A program made the translations under genes and the position numbers. From the human T2T-CHM13v2.0 reference genome, Homo sapiens, in the NCBI RefSeq assembly GCF_009914755.1, contig NC_060948.1: a DNA stretch of 64,000 bases; one strand, given 5' to 3'. Of the stretch, positions 25,701-39,282 are shown one piece after another. The notes under the pieces are model-generated. The model worked only from the letters and a program-made list of their open reading frames with translations. It searched no databases and was not told the origin of the DNA. The stretch's first letter is position 1. Each line of letters begins with the position of its first letter.

Positions 25701-26580
25701 ATGAAGGAGGGAGGGAAGGAAGGAAGGAAGGTAGGAAGGAAGGAAGGCAGGAAGGAAGGCAGACAGGCAGGGAGGGAGGGAGGGAGGGAGGGAAGACAAA
25801 GGAGCCCATGTGAAAGAGCAGCTCCAATGACCAAATCTGAAATAGTTTGAGAAACAAAATTAATAATGATAGTTTTGGAGTTGTGGAGGGGGCTAAAAGG
25901 TAGATACACATTAGCAGTTCCATACTGATTAATAAATGACCAAATAAATAAATAAACGAGAAAAGAGACATATCTTTAGTCCAGAAGAATTCCATATAAC
26001 ACAGGAATTAAGAGTGATGGGAATAAAAAGTAATCAGTGGAATACTACAGCAGTAATTGTTACAAGCAAGAACCATTAATGACTGCTAAACATTTTGGAA
26101 GCAACTTTAAAAAGAAACAGTATATTTGAATAGACTCAAATTATCTTCCCAAACATACTTACTAATTTCAGTGGTGTTTTTCCTAACAAGTGTCCACAAA
26201 GTATTTGATACTTCTCCCTCCAAAACCTGGGGTTTAATTCTCTTTCCTCTGAGCGTGGGCTGGATTTAGTGACTCATTTCTGAAAACACAGAATGGAACA
26301 GGAGAAGTAGTAACTTTGCAGTGCAGAAGCCTGGAAAATACCACCTTTGTCAAGTGGTCAAGTTTAACATCACCAATAATAAGTAATGCAGATATTATTT
26401 TACCCCAAAATGGTATGATGAGAAGAGTACTTTATCTCTGTGTTATTCCCCCAAAATCTGTTTCCTCGGTATAATCATGAAAAAAGAGCAGAGAAACAAA
26501 AATTGGGAGAAATTCCAAAATACCTGACCAGTAGTCTTCTAAAGTGCTGATGTCATTAGAACAAGGAGATAGTATAACAT
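22745..26580 (+). mobile_element. Ancient L1M (MC/MD-like) ORF2 3' half and 3'UTR, with internal purine tract
   Basis: Degenerate ORF2 (ORF 23667: KLILKYIW...FRTYYK); 'ttagggaaatgcaaattaaa'; L1MC/MD-like 3' sequence at 26100-26560. Confidence 0.7.
25497..25797. repeat. GGAA/GGGA polypurine tract with ~90-bp higher-order duplication
   Basis: Near-pure purine strand; landmark 'gtcaaaac' at 25549 and 25639, each followed by 'gtgaaggaaggatg...aatgaag(t/c)gaggaa'. Confidence 0.9.
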
Positions 26581-26712
26581 GATAGAGAGAATACTGTGTC
26601 TGTATTTTAGTGCCCAGTTGTACCAGAGTAATTTCTGAGCACTACATGCATCAGTCTTTGTATATTTTTGCTTGGTATGTGCAACCAGGATTTGAATTTG
26701 GTCTCTTAATTA

Positions 26713-27063
<351 letters not shown>

Positions 27064-29359
27064 CTATATAATATAATTTCTAGTACTGAATATTATACTT
27101 TTAGTTTAGCACTACTTCCACTTTTCTGCCCCACAATAATTTTATATATAAAATTATATTAATATAAATTATATTAATTTTATATATAAAATTACATTAT
27201 TCTATTAATAATAATTTTAATCTTATGTATAAATACCTACTAGAATTTGGACGGGAGTGAAACAGTGAAATGCCTTGCTTATCCTTTGAAAAATTATATT
27301 TTGGGAAATATATAATTGCTTATTTCTGCATTACTATTGTTTGCAAATGCCTTGTGGGGAGGTGTCTTTTACAAATCAACATTTAATGGCACATACAAAA
27401 TGAAAATATACAAATATTGGGACTTTTAAAATAACTACCTAAGAATTGACACATTGACATTTACTTCAATACTTTACTATCAGATTTATTCAGTTGATAG
27501 CAAGGTGGAACTAGATTTATGAAAGAAAACCAATAGAATATAAAAAAATAGTGAAGAAAACACTCCCCATTGTCCAAACTGTCATTTACTTACGAAAGCT
27601 AAGCCAAATCTCATGCTTAGTAATAAACATACAATGTTACAGAATATTCCATCTCAAAAATCATGGTTTTGAAGGAAATTATGAGAATTAGATAATTAAT
27701 GTTCACCTACTCCACACATAAGTAAAACATTTCCTAATTAAATCCCTGTTAAGAAGATAAGAAACTACCAACAAGGCTAAATTATGACTTTATCATACTA
27801 CAAAGAGTGAGAATTAAGACACAGTTTGTTGAGGAGAATCCAGATACATTTAATATAGGTGTCCAGAGACTTTGTAGCTGTGACATGGGAAGGTTATCCC
27901 AGGGAAATTTTCATAACCCTTAGTTCTCTAAAATGAGTACTCATTTGGCTTCCGATCATTTGCTTAAGCTGCTAGAGGCTGGATTGAATAAAGCTGCCCT
28001 GAGGAAATTATTTGGAAATCTAACAGTTTTCCCAGTATATTTTGTCAGAGGAGAATCTGAGGAAATTTACATATCAACATTGACAATATTCTTGTGAGTG
28101 TCTAACACTCAATTTCGTACCTCTGAGTTAAATCTAAAGAGTTAGGGGCACTATTACTTAATCTGTATCTATGTTTTGGCATCAAGTCTTCAACATGAAA
28201 TAAGCAAGCCAAATTATAGAGTCCTTATGTGATCTCTTCAAAATGATCTTATTTTCCAAAATATGAATGACCTATAGAAAGAAGAGTTTTAGTGCCACTA
28301 AAGAAGAGCATAGGCTTTAGAAGGCGAAATAAAGATGATTTGAAATGTGTTTGTTAACATAGAAGATATTGCTGATATGGTGAAATTATTACACATGGAA
28401 AATTATATGCATAATGAAGCAGATAAAAAATGGAAGTAAATATACATTCAAAGAAATGAAAATGGGCATTTTAGGGAGCCTGAAGCTCTGTAACTGGACA
28501 AAGTAAGACAAATGTAAGTAGAGGAGTCAGTTGTAAAGGACAAATTGTAACATTGTCTACAACAAGCCAAACAAGGAAGTTTAGAAAATAAATAATTCAT
28601 TTAGTCCCCATAATTTATTTTAATTATTTCAAGGTCAGTATATAATGACCACTCAAAATTTACCACCTATCATTTTTACACACTATCCAGTGTTCATCTA
28701 ACTGTCATAATGGATAATTTAGGAGTATGAAATATGGATACTGTTCATTCAGGTATGTATGCTAAGCCAGCTTCTAGAGATTTCTTTATATTTATTGTAT
28801 TTAATTTATATTTTAATATAAATATGCTAAATACCATAAAACATAAACAAAATATATTTTGCTAAGTAGAAGATAAAAAGACCATGAAGATTTTACAAGT
28901 TTTTTCATTGCTGTCTATTTCATTTTTAATACCAATGAGATGAGAAGTAATTGTTTACCATACTTATACTATGGAAGTTGTACTTAGCAAATCAGGAAGT
29001 ACAAAAAAATTTCTAGTAACTCTGTGATCAAATTTTGAACATTTTTATATCAAATCCAAGTAAATTTTTAGCTGTACTCTTGAATAAGTGATTTTACCAG
29101 TGTGTATCCACACTTCTCTAAATACAAAATGAGAGTAATCATATATATCTAATAAGATTTCAGTAAGTTTGTAAAGTGATAATTCATGTTAACGGCTTAA
29201 TGTAATACATGACACATAAGTGGTAAGTGTTAATATCAGGAGCCAATTATAATCTTGAAAGACATAGTCTCAAAAGCCATAATCCTCAAAATTAAAATCC
29301 CAAATTTTATCATCCTGAAATAATTCTGGAAAAAATAATTTAAAATAAATTTACATTTT

Positions 29360-32300
29360 GGAGACTAGGCTGAGCAAGATGGTGAAATAGAAGGCTCTAT
29401 TGATCGTCCCCTCCATAAAAAAAAACACCAATTTAACAACTCTCTACACACAAAAAAAGCACCTGTATAAGAGCCAAAAATCAGGTGAGCACTCACGATA
29501 CCTGGTTTTAACTTCATATCATTGAAAGAGGCACTGAAGACGTAGAAAAACAGTCTTGAATTGCCAATACTACCACTCCCTGATCCACCAGCATTGGAGG
29601 CATGGCACAGAGAACAGTTCTCCGTGCTGGGGGCAGGGGGCTGGGGTGGGGAAGGAGAGTATAGGAGTTGTGAGGCACTTAACTCACTGCTGTCCTGTTG
29701 AAGCAGGAAAGAAAACCAGACCAAACTCAGCTGACATGCACCCATGGAGGGAGCATTTAAACCAGCTCTAGCCAGAGGGGAACTGCAGATCCCAGTGGTC
29801 AGAACTTGAGTTCCTGCATGCCTCACCACCGTGGACTTAAGTGCTCTGGGGCTCTAAAGAAACTTGAAGGTCAGTCTAGGCTGTAACTCCTAGCTGAGTC
29901 CTAGTGCTGAACTGGGCCCAGAACCAGAGGAATGGGAGGGCACAGGAACTACTCATATACCAGCTAGGGAAGCTAAGGGAGTGCTTGGATCTCTCCTCTA
30001 AAGCCAGGTGGCAGAGTTTGTGGCTCCAAAGAGATCCCATCCTTCTGTTTGAGGAGAGGTGAGGAAAGAGTGTGGAGAATTGTATCTTGCATCTTGGATA
30101 CCACCTAAGCAACAGCATGATAGGGCACTGGTCAAAGTTGTGAGGCCTCTTTTCCAGGCCCTAGTTCCTGGACAAACCCTTGGCCAGAGGGAACCCACTG
30201 CCTTCAAGGGAAGGACCCAGGCCTGACAGCATTCATCATCTGCTAAATAAATAGTTCTTGGTCCCTGAATAACCAGCAATGATACCCAGGAACCACATCA
30301 AGGGCCTTGGGTAAGCTTCTGAGACATATTGGCTTCAGGTGAGACTCAGCACATTCCCTGCTGTGGCAGCTAAGGGGTAAGACTCCATCTACTTGATAAA
30401 AGCAAAGGAAAAAGTAAAGGGGCCTTCATCTTGCACCTTAGATACCAGTTGGCCACAAAAGGTAGAGAAGCAAGTGGGCTCCTGAGGTCTCTGATTTCAG
30501 GAATTGATTCTCGGATTGCATTTCCGGACCTATCCTAAGAAAGAAGGGGGCCCACTGGCCTAAAGAGTGAGTCCCAGCCCAGGCAGCATTTACCACAAAC
30601 TGACTGAAGAGCTCTTGGGCTTTAAGAGAACATCAGTGGTAGTCTGGAAGTACTCTCCATTGGCCTGTGGTGGTGAGAGCCATGGGGTAAGGCTCCCCTG
30701 CTTTTGGAAAGTGGACAGAAGAATGAGAAGGATTGCTTCTTGTAATTTGAGTGCCATCTCTGCCTCAATAAAATAGAACACCGGGTAGATTTCTAAGGAT
30801 TTTGACTCTGGTAACTAGATCCAGGACAACACCTCTGGACCTGCTTAGGGCCTAGGAGAACTTGCCACCCTGAAGGGGAAGACACAGGTCTGGGTGACTT
30901 TGCCACCTGCTGATTGTAGAACCCCAGGGCTTTGAGTGAACATAGTCAGTGGCCAGGGATTGGTTAGAACAGGTCATGGGTGAGACCCAGTTCTGTGTTT
31001 CCTTCATGTCTGACCCAGCACAGTCATAGTGGTGGTGGCCACCAGGGGTACTTGTTTCACTTCACCCTCAGCTTTAGTTGGCTCAGAACAGAGAGAGAGC
31101 CCATTTGTTTGAGAGAAAGTAATGGAAGAGAACAAGGGTCTATGCCTGTTAATCTAGAAAATTCTTCCAGATCCAGCCCAAGACTATCAAAGCAGTACCT
31201 CTATGAGTCTGCAAGGACCGTAGAATTATTGGGCTTGGGGTACCACCTAAAGCAGATACAGCTTTGATCACGGTACTCAAATCTTTCCAAATATCTGGAA
31301 AACCTACCCAAGAAGGGCAGAAACAAATAATACCAGACTGTGAGGTCTACAATAAATACCTAACTCTTCAATGCCTAGAAACAGATGAACATCTGCAAGT
31401 ATCAAGACCATCGAGGAAAACATGACATTGCCAAAATGCATTAAGTAAGCCACAGGCTTTGTTTCTCCTGGAGAAACAAAGATATGTGAAATTTCAGACA
31501 GAGAAGCCATGATAAGTGTTTTTAGAAAACAATGAAATTCAGGATAATATAGAGAAGTAATTCAGAATTCTATCAGATGAACTGAAATAATTTTAAAAAA
31601 TCAATCGGAAATTCTGAAGATAAATAATGGAAGTTATACACTAAATAATTCATCAGAGTATTTTAATAGGAGAATTAATCTAGCAGAAGAAAACATAGCA
31701 AGCTTGAAGACAGGCTACTTGAAAATACAGTCAGAGGAGACAAAAGACAAAAAAAAAATGATGCATACCCAGAGAATCTAGAAAATGTCTCAAAAGTGAA
31801 AATCTAAGAGTTATTGGCCTTAAAAGGAGGTAGTGAAAGAGATAGGTAGAAAGTTTATTCAAAAGGATAATAACAGAGAACTCCCTAAACCTAGGGAAAG
31901 ATATCAATATCCAACTACAAGAAGGTTATAGAACACCAAGCAGATTTAATCAAAAGAAGTCTATCTCGATGCATTTAATATTCAAACCCCCAAAGATCAA
32001 GGATTTAAAAACAGGTTCCAAAAACAGCAAGAGAAAAAAAATATTATTCAATGAAGCTCCAACGTCTGGCAGAAGACTTTTCAGTGGAAATCTTACAGGT
32101 GAGGAGAGAGAGACATGACATATTTATAATACTGAAAAAAAAACAAACCTACTACCCTCGAATGGTATATCTGGCTAAAATATTCTTTAAATATGAAAGA
32201 GAAATACTTTACCAAACAAACAAAAGCTGAAGAATTTAATTATCACCAGACCTGTCCTACAAGAAATGATAAAGGGAATACTTCAATGAGATAGAAAAAA

Positions 32301-35200
32301 ATGTTAATTAGCAGTAAATAATTACCTGAAGGTACAAAACTTACTAGTAATGTAAATACACAGAAAAACCCACAATATTATAACAGTGGTGTGTAAACTA
32401 CTTTTATCCTAAGTAGAAAGACTAAACAATAAACCAATCAAAACTAATAACTAGAAAAACTTTGAAACCATAAAGAGTACAATAAGATATAAATAGAAAC
32501 AACAAAAAGTTAAAAAGTGGGGGAATAAAGTTAAATCATAGAGTTTTTACTACTTTTCATTTTTTGTTTGTTTATTGTTTATGTGACAGTTTGCTATTTT
32601 AGCCTAAAATAATAGTATTTGCAAGCCTCATATAACCTCGACCCAAATAATCTATAACAAATACACAACCATTAAAAAAAGGAAGATAACCATATCACCA
32701 GAGAAAATTACCTTCAGTAAAAGGAAGATAGGAATAAAAGAAAGAAAGAAGAGAAGAACACACAAAAAAAAACAGAAAACAAATTATAAAATGTTAAGAA
32801 TAAGTCCTTACTCATCAAAAATAACATTGAAAATAAATGGACTACATTTTTCCAATCAAAAAATTAAATGGATAAAAACACATAGTGGCTAAATGGATTA
32901 ATATGCAAGACCCAATGGTCTGTTGTCTAAAAGAAACTCACTTCACTTATAAAGACACACATGACTGAAAATAAAGAGATGAAAAATGATATTTCATGAT
33001 AACGAAAAACAAAATAGATCAGGAGTAGCTATATTTACATCAGTCAAAATAGATTTCAAGACAAAAACTTTAAGAGACAAAGAAGCTATAAAACTATAAA
33101 ATGATAAGGAGTAAGTAGAACTGATCAACAAACTCAGTAAAGTTGCAGGATACAAAATAAACATATAAAAATCAGTAACATTTCTATATGCCAACAGTGA
33201 ACAATCTGAAAAAGCAATTTGAAAAGGAATCCCATTTACCATAGCCAAAAGAAAACTAAATAGTTAGAAATTAACTTAACCTCAGAAGCTAAATATTTCT
33301 ATAATGAAAATTAAAAAACAGTGATTAAAGAAGTTGAAGGGGACACACACACAAAATGCAGAGATTGTCTATGTTAATGGATTGGAAGAATCAATATTGT
33401 TAAAATGTTCCAAGGCAATCTTGAGGTTCAGTGCAATCCCTATCAAAACATGAATGACATTCTTCATAGAAATAGAAAAAAAAAACACCCTAAAATTTAT
33501 ATAAAACCACAAAAGACCCAGAATATACAAAGCTATCCAAAGCAAAAAGAACAAAACTGGAAGAATCACATTACCTAACTTCAAATTATACTACAGAGTT
33601 ATAGTAACCAAAATAATATGGTACTGGTATAAAAAAAGACCCACAGAGTACTTGGATAGAATTGAGAACTCAGAAATAAATCCATATCCCTACACTGAAC
33701 TCATTTTCAACACAAGTGTCAAGAACATACACTGTGGAAAAAGCAGTCTCTTGTATAAATGATGTGGGGAAAATTGAATATCCATATGCAGAACGATGAA
33801 ACTAGAACCCTTTATCTCACCATATATAAAAATCAAATCAAAATGGATTAAAGACTTAAATATAAGACCTCTAACCATGAAAGTGCTACAAGAAAATAGC
33901 GGGGAAAATCTCCAAGTAATTGGTCTGGGAAAAAATTGCTGAGTAATATCCCACAAGCACAGGCCACCAAAGCAAAAATTGACAAATGGGATCGCATCTA
34001 GTTAAAAAAAATCTGCACAGCAAAAGAAACCATCAACAAAGTAAAGAGACCACCTACTGAATGGGAGAAAATATTTCTAAACTACTGATCTGACAAGGAT
34101 TTAGTCCCCAGAATATATAAGGAGTTCAAAAAACTCTATAGGAAAAAATCTAATAATCCCATCGAAAATGGGGAAAAGATCTGAACAGACATTTCTGAAA
34201 AGAAGACATACAAATGGCAAATGGAGATATGAAAAGTGCTCAATATCATTGATCATTAGAGAAATACAAATCAAAACTACAATGAGATGTCATCTCATCC
34301 CAGTTAAAATGGCTTATAACCAAGGCAGGCAATAAGAAATTCTGACAATCATGTGGAGAAAAGGGGACCCTTGTACCTTGTTTGTAGGAATGTAAATTAG
34401 TACAACCACTATAGAGAACAGTTTGAAGGTTCTTCAGAAAACTAAAAATAGAGCTACCATATGATCCAGCCAACCCGCTGCTGGGTATATACTCTCCAAA
34501 AAAGGAAATCAGTATATTGAAGAGATACCTGCACTCCCATGTTTGTTGCAGGATTGTTCAGAATAGCCAAGATTTAACAACAACCTAAGTGTCCATCAAC
34601 AGATGAATAGATAAAGGAAAATTTGATACTTATACAGAATGGAGTACTATTCAGCCATAAAGAGGAATGAGATCCAGTCAATTTCAACATGTATGGACCT
34701 GGAGGTCATTATGCTAAGTGAAATAAGCCATGCACAGAAAGACAAACATCACATGTTCTCACTTATTTGTGGGATCTAAAAATAAAAACAATTGAATTCA
34801 TGGAGACAGAGAGAAGAAAGACAGTTACCAGAGGCTGGGAAGCATTGTGGTGTGGTAGCGGTGAGGTGGAGATGGTTAATAGGTTCAAATAAATAGAAAG
34901 AATAAGACCTATTATTTGATAGCACAACCGGGTAAATATAGTCAATAGTAATTTAACTGTACATTTTAAAGTAATTTAAAGAGTATAGTTGGATTGTTTG
35001 TAACAGAAAGGATAAATGCTTTAAGGAATGAATACCCCATTCTCCATGATGTGATTATTATGCACTGCCTGCCTGTATCAAAACATCTCATGTATCCCAT
35101 AAATATATACATCTACCATGTACCCGCACAATTAAAATGAAAAGCTTTTAACAAGTTAAAAAAATAAAATAACAGGTATTAAAAAATAAAATAACAGGTA
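29360..35200 (+). mobile_element. Near-full-length L1MA-type element (long 5'UTR, ORF1 remnant, ORF2 with large internal deletion)
   Basis: 5' 'gcaagatggtgaaatagaagg'; ORF1 remnants ~31400-32340; L1MA-like 3' end; TSD core TTACATTTT at 29351-29359 and 35207-35215. Confidence 0.88.
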
Positions 35201-35724
35201 TGAAAATTACATTTTAAAGGGATGTTTATTTGAGAAATCTAAAAACACAGCAGAAGAGTTCCCAGGCCACTTTATGTGATACAATAGGCAATAATAACAT
35301 ATATATTTTTTTGCGAGCATAAGCACTGCAGTATACTCATGACAGTCACATAAGTAAACCAGTTATAAGCAGATGAGGTGTATTCATATAGAAATAGGTC
35401 AAAAAGAGAAATATATAATTGCATATAACTGTGGTGGGTAATTGTGCGAGCTCAGCTGTATAACTGCAGTCACTTGAAATACTGTGGTGAACAACCTAAG
35501 ACTTTTGACAAGATTGATCAAAAATCGCAATGGGTCACCACCTCATGTGCAGTCATTCATAGAGCTGAGATCTCGAGAAGTTTTACCTTTCACAAATGCA
35601 CATGTACAAAAGGACATCTCTTCATTTATTGAGGAAGTTTCAACATTTTACATACACAATGCTTACCCACAAAGTCAAAGTTGTGATAATGCACTGTTGT
35701 GGAGTCAAATTTCTGACAGGCAAC

Positions 35725-36030
35725 GTAGCAAAGCCTCTCCCTGTTCTCAGAGAGAGACCAAATCGCCTTCTGTATTTTCTCTCCCCTGATTGAATGGTGC
35801 CCACCAACACTAACAGCAGATCTTTCCTATATAGTCCACTCAGACTCACTCATGAATCTCCTCTGCAAACACCCTCACAGACACACTCAAAGTAATACTT
35901 TACCAATTTTCTACGTATTCCTTAATCCAGCCAAGTTGACATCTAACATTAAGTACGTAAGTCCACTCGTGTCAACTTTTCACCCATATTCATCTCCTTA
36001 AACCATAATTTTCAAATAAAGACAATAACA
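35725..36030 (-). mobile_element. MLT2 LTR / HERV-L 3' internal segment carried within Ricksha
   Basis: 'aaacaccctcacagacacac...aatccagccaagttgacatctaacattaa' (MLT2 end) followed by 'tgtcaact...catctccttaaaccata' (HERVL internal). Confidence 0.75.
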
Positions 36031-37249
36031 CTTCACATGATACAACTAACATGTTTCAATTATCTTGTATACAACTAAAAACATACTAATCTTTTACTCA
36101 GAATTCTGTTTTCAGAATTTTAACATTCAGGATTTTAATTTTGGGGGAATGCAATTTTCAGGATTTTAGACATTAGATATTTTAGGCTGAAAGAATTCTG
36201 ACTTTAGGGATTTTGATATTTTAGGATTTCAGCTTCCTAATTATGCTGTTTCAGGATTATGACCCAAACCCATTAATATTACCATCATCATTACTGTGAA
36301 AAGAAGATGAGATATATGAGAAAGAGAGAAAGCTTGGCAAATAAAAAGTTATTCAGTGGATGGCTCTTCAAAGCTGAAGGGACGTGTAAATGAGTAAAAA
36401 AAAAAGCTGAAAATGTATTAAAATGAAGATAAATGAGGAACAAAATCAAGAAGATAAAACATGGGTAACTTATAAAAGGGCCTTAAAGCTAAAAACTGTT
36501 AATGTCTTTATCAAGAAATTGGGATGTTGTTCTCAGGGTATTTAATTATAGACTTGAGCAAATCACTTTTCCTCTCTAGGTTTTCTTATTCGTAAAGTAA
36601 GGGAAATAAACTTCTCTTTATCTTAAAGGAAGTTCTCCTCTGATCTTAAATTCTAAATTAAATCTGATACAAGTATTGGTGGTTAGGCAGTTGAGAATTT
36701 TAAGAAAATGAGGAAAACCGTTCGAACAGTTCACAGAAATGAAAAGACATTTAGGCTAAAGAGCATGTGAAGTGAACTCAAACTGCTGACAGTGTTTTTG
36801 TTGTTGATACGTAAAGTCAGATCAGGGATGAACTGTGATGTTGGAGATAGCACCAGTAAAGAAACCCCTTTTTAACATATGTCGAAATACGGGTGGAAAA
36901 AGAGACCAAAAGAAGAGTGGGAAGTAACTGTACATTTATTTTTTCAAAACAATTTAAAGAAGCAAAGAAGCAAATTACCCAGCTAAGCCCTGTAACTGAA
37001 AGCCTCTTTCAGGGATAGTTTTTTGCCCTTCGATATCGGCCCATCAACACTTAACACACAGTGCCTGATACAGAAATGTCACCTAGTAACTGATAATAAG
37101 AAGTTAAAAATATATATTGTGTCACCCAAAACGCCTTCTCTTGCTTCCTACGTCCACTTAAGTCTGTTTCACCTCTGCATTCCTACTCTTCCTTCCCTGA
37201 GACAGACTTTCTCTTGCAAGAACTTTCAAAGTAGTTGTCTCTCAGATAC

Positions 37250-37520
37250 ATCTTTCCTCTGATCTGTCTTTCAAAATGAGGTTTAAATCACCTTTCTGAA
37301 ACCCATATCTAATCTTGTCACTTTAGCAATGGTTATTTACAAGATGAAGTCCAAATTTCTTATTATGGTGTCACAATTTATCTCAATACCCTTTTCAGCC
37401 TTACATTGAACCTTTTCCTCCTCCCCCTACTCATTTCTCACACATCATAGTTGCTGCCTGCCTAGTCTTCTCCAGTGCCTAGCACTGAGTAGCCAGAATA
37501 AGTGCTCAGTTTATTTTCTA
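37250..37520 (+). mobile_element. L2 fragments
   Basis: 'aagtccaaatttctta' and 'ccagtgcctagcac...taagtgctcagt' L2 3'-end-like. Confidence 0.45.
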
Positions 37521-38668
37521 TGGGAGTAATTAACTTAAACTCTTTATGTATACGTCTATATTATAAAAATCTTTCACATTTTTGCTGAGCATTCCAGAGG
37601 GGAAACCATGAGTACGTCTCTCCACATTTTGTTATTGAAAAGCGCCAAAATTTTGCATATAGAACACACGCATCTATCATTGCTTCATCTAACAGGTTAA
37701 AATGGCTTTAAAATTATTCATTTATATTGATGTTACCTTTGGAAATTTTATTGGAAAATTTACTCTGCAAGGCAAAAGACTGAATGATTTTATGATAATC
37801 AACATACTTCCCAAGCACATTGCTCACTCGGATGTCTAATTAAGGAGTTTTAGCCTAAAACTGTAAATACTCTAGGAAATTAATTTATTATTATTTTTTA
37901 TTTATAAACAACTGCAATTTCAAAGTGGCAAACTAAAAATCTAGAAAAAAAAAGCGAAAATATTTGACACGGAAATTTCGTCCAAAAAATCCAAAACAAT
38001 TCATAAAAAAATATTTTCCTAAGAAAGAAGCACTTGGAACCCAATCAAAGTTTCAGGTGCTTATTTGTGATAGATGTTTTTCTGATATCTACCAACTGTA
38101 ATCATAGGGACTTGTTCCTGAAAAAAACAAAACAAAACAAAAACAACAACAACGAAAACAGAGAAGTAAGCTAAAAGCCTAAATTGTAGGTGTGTTCTAA
38201 CCACTATTAACAGCCATTTCCTCATATTTGAAACTTCACTATATACATTAAATGAATGTGCTCTTGATTAAACCTATCAAAAGCTGTTTTTCCTGGATAT
38301 TCTTCAAACTTTAAATTAAGGTAACTACAGGGAAACTTAAACGATGAACACAACTGGGAAAATTATTTTAGGAAGCTAAATCTAACCCCAAAGAATCTTG
38401 ATATAAAGGTAATGTTTTATCTTTTTGAAATGTTAACTCAATCAAATATTGCTTCCTACATGTTGAGGGTTTTACTGTCAACTGTATGAGTAAATAAACA
38501 CTTGATGATGGTTTGGCTAACTTTTAGGTAACACATTGTTTCATAAAATCCATGCAAATTTAAATAAAATCAAATTTGTAAAGACAACAATCATACATTT
38601 GTTAGGATTTGAATTTGATCAAAGGGGACATTAAGGCTTTTAGACAGAAATACAGCAATTAAACTTAC

Positions 38669-38742
38669 AGCCATGTTATGTTCTCTCTTACAAATCTAAA
38701 ATGTGGGTTCAAAAACCTTTCTTTAACAGGCATCCTTAGAGA
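38669..38742 (-). other. Candidate 74-nt exon (minus strand)
   Basis: Upstream poly-T/GT tract, branch-like CTCAT, acceptor ttaCAG, donor GCT|GTAAGT; one open frame SLRMPVKERFLNPHFRFVRENITW(L). Confidence 0.25.
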
Positions 38743-39282
38743 CTGTAATCCAATTTGGAATGAGAATACAAAAAAAAAAAAACACACACAAAAAAAACCT
38801 AAGAAATGACTGGCATTTTTACGTCGATGAATACGTGAAAATGTATATACTCCTACTGTTCATAAATCTTGATGCTGCAAACACTTTATTCTTTGTTCCT
38901 GCAGGATACATTTATCAGCTTCATAAGTCTGCTTTCCATTTCATAACTTAAACAAGAAAAAAATTTTAGATAGTTTTCAAAATATTCTCCACATTTTCCA
39001 TTTATTCTCTACGTTGGGTAGATGTATGTGCAGTTGTTGCTATTTGGCCTCACCACATTTGTTTCTATTCCATTTTATCTGTCCAGATTTCCAACAACGT
39101 AATATTTCATGTTTTTGTCACTCGTATGTAATATGAAGTATCCTTCTGCAGACAGGGTTAAGTTAATAGCTTTAAAAGCAAACATAAATGTTTGTTTTTC
39201 TAGACCTACAGAGGGTACTGCTAACAGGATCTCAAGGTTTGGTGACAACCTAAAATTCTTTACACAGTGGCCCATCTCGTAG

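Larger units (their letters stand above)
29239..36271. mobile_element. Ricksha (MULE/MuDR non-autonomous DNA transposon), split by an L1 insertion
   Basis: Subterminal 'aaaatccc'/'gggatttt' repeats at both ends; right terminus ...gattatgacccaaaccc; degenerate 10-bp TSD gttaatatca (29229-29238) and attaatatta (36272-36281); carries an MLT2/HERVL segment. Confidence 0.8.

Noticed and set aside
25431-25995. Long P/S/F/L-rich ORFs
   Set aside because: Translations of the TTCC low-complexity tract.
27140-27230. Extremely AT-rich quasi-palindromic stretch
   Set aside because: Low complexity; no long perfect arms.
36100-36271. Short periodic 'ggatttt' repeats resembling an array
   Set aside because: Ricksha subterminal repeats; no repeat-spacer structure, not CRISPR.
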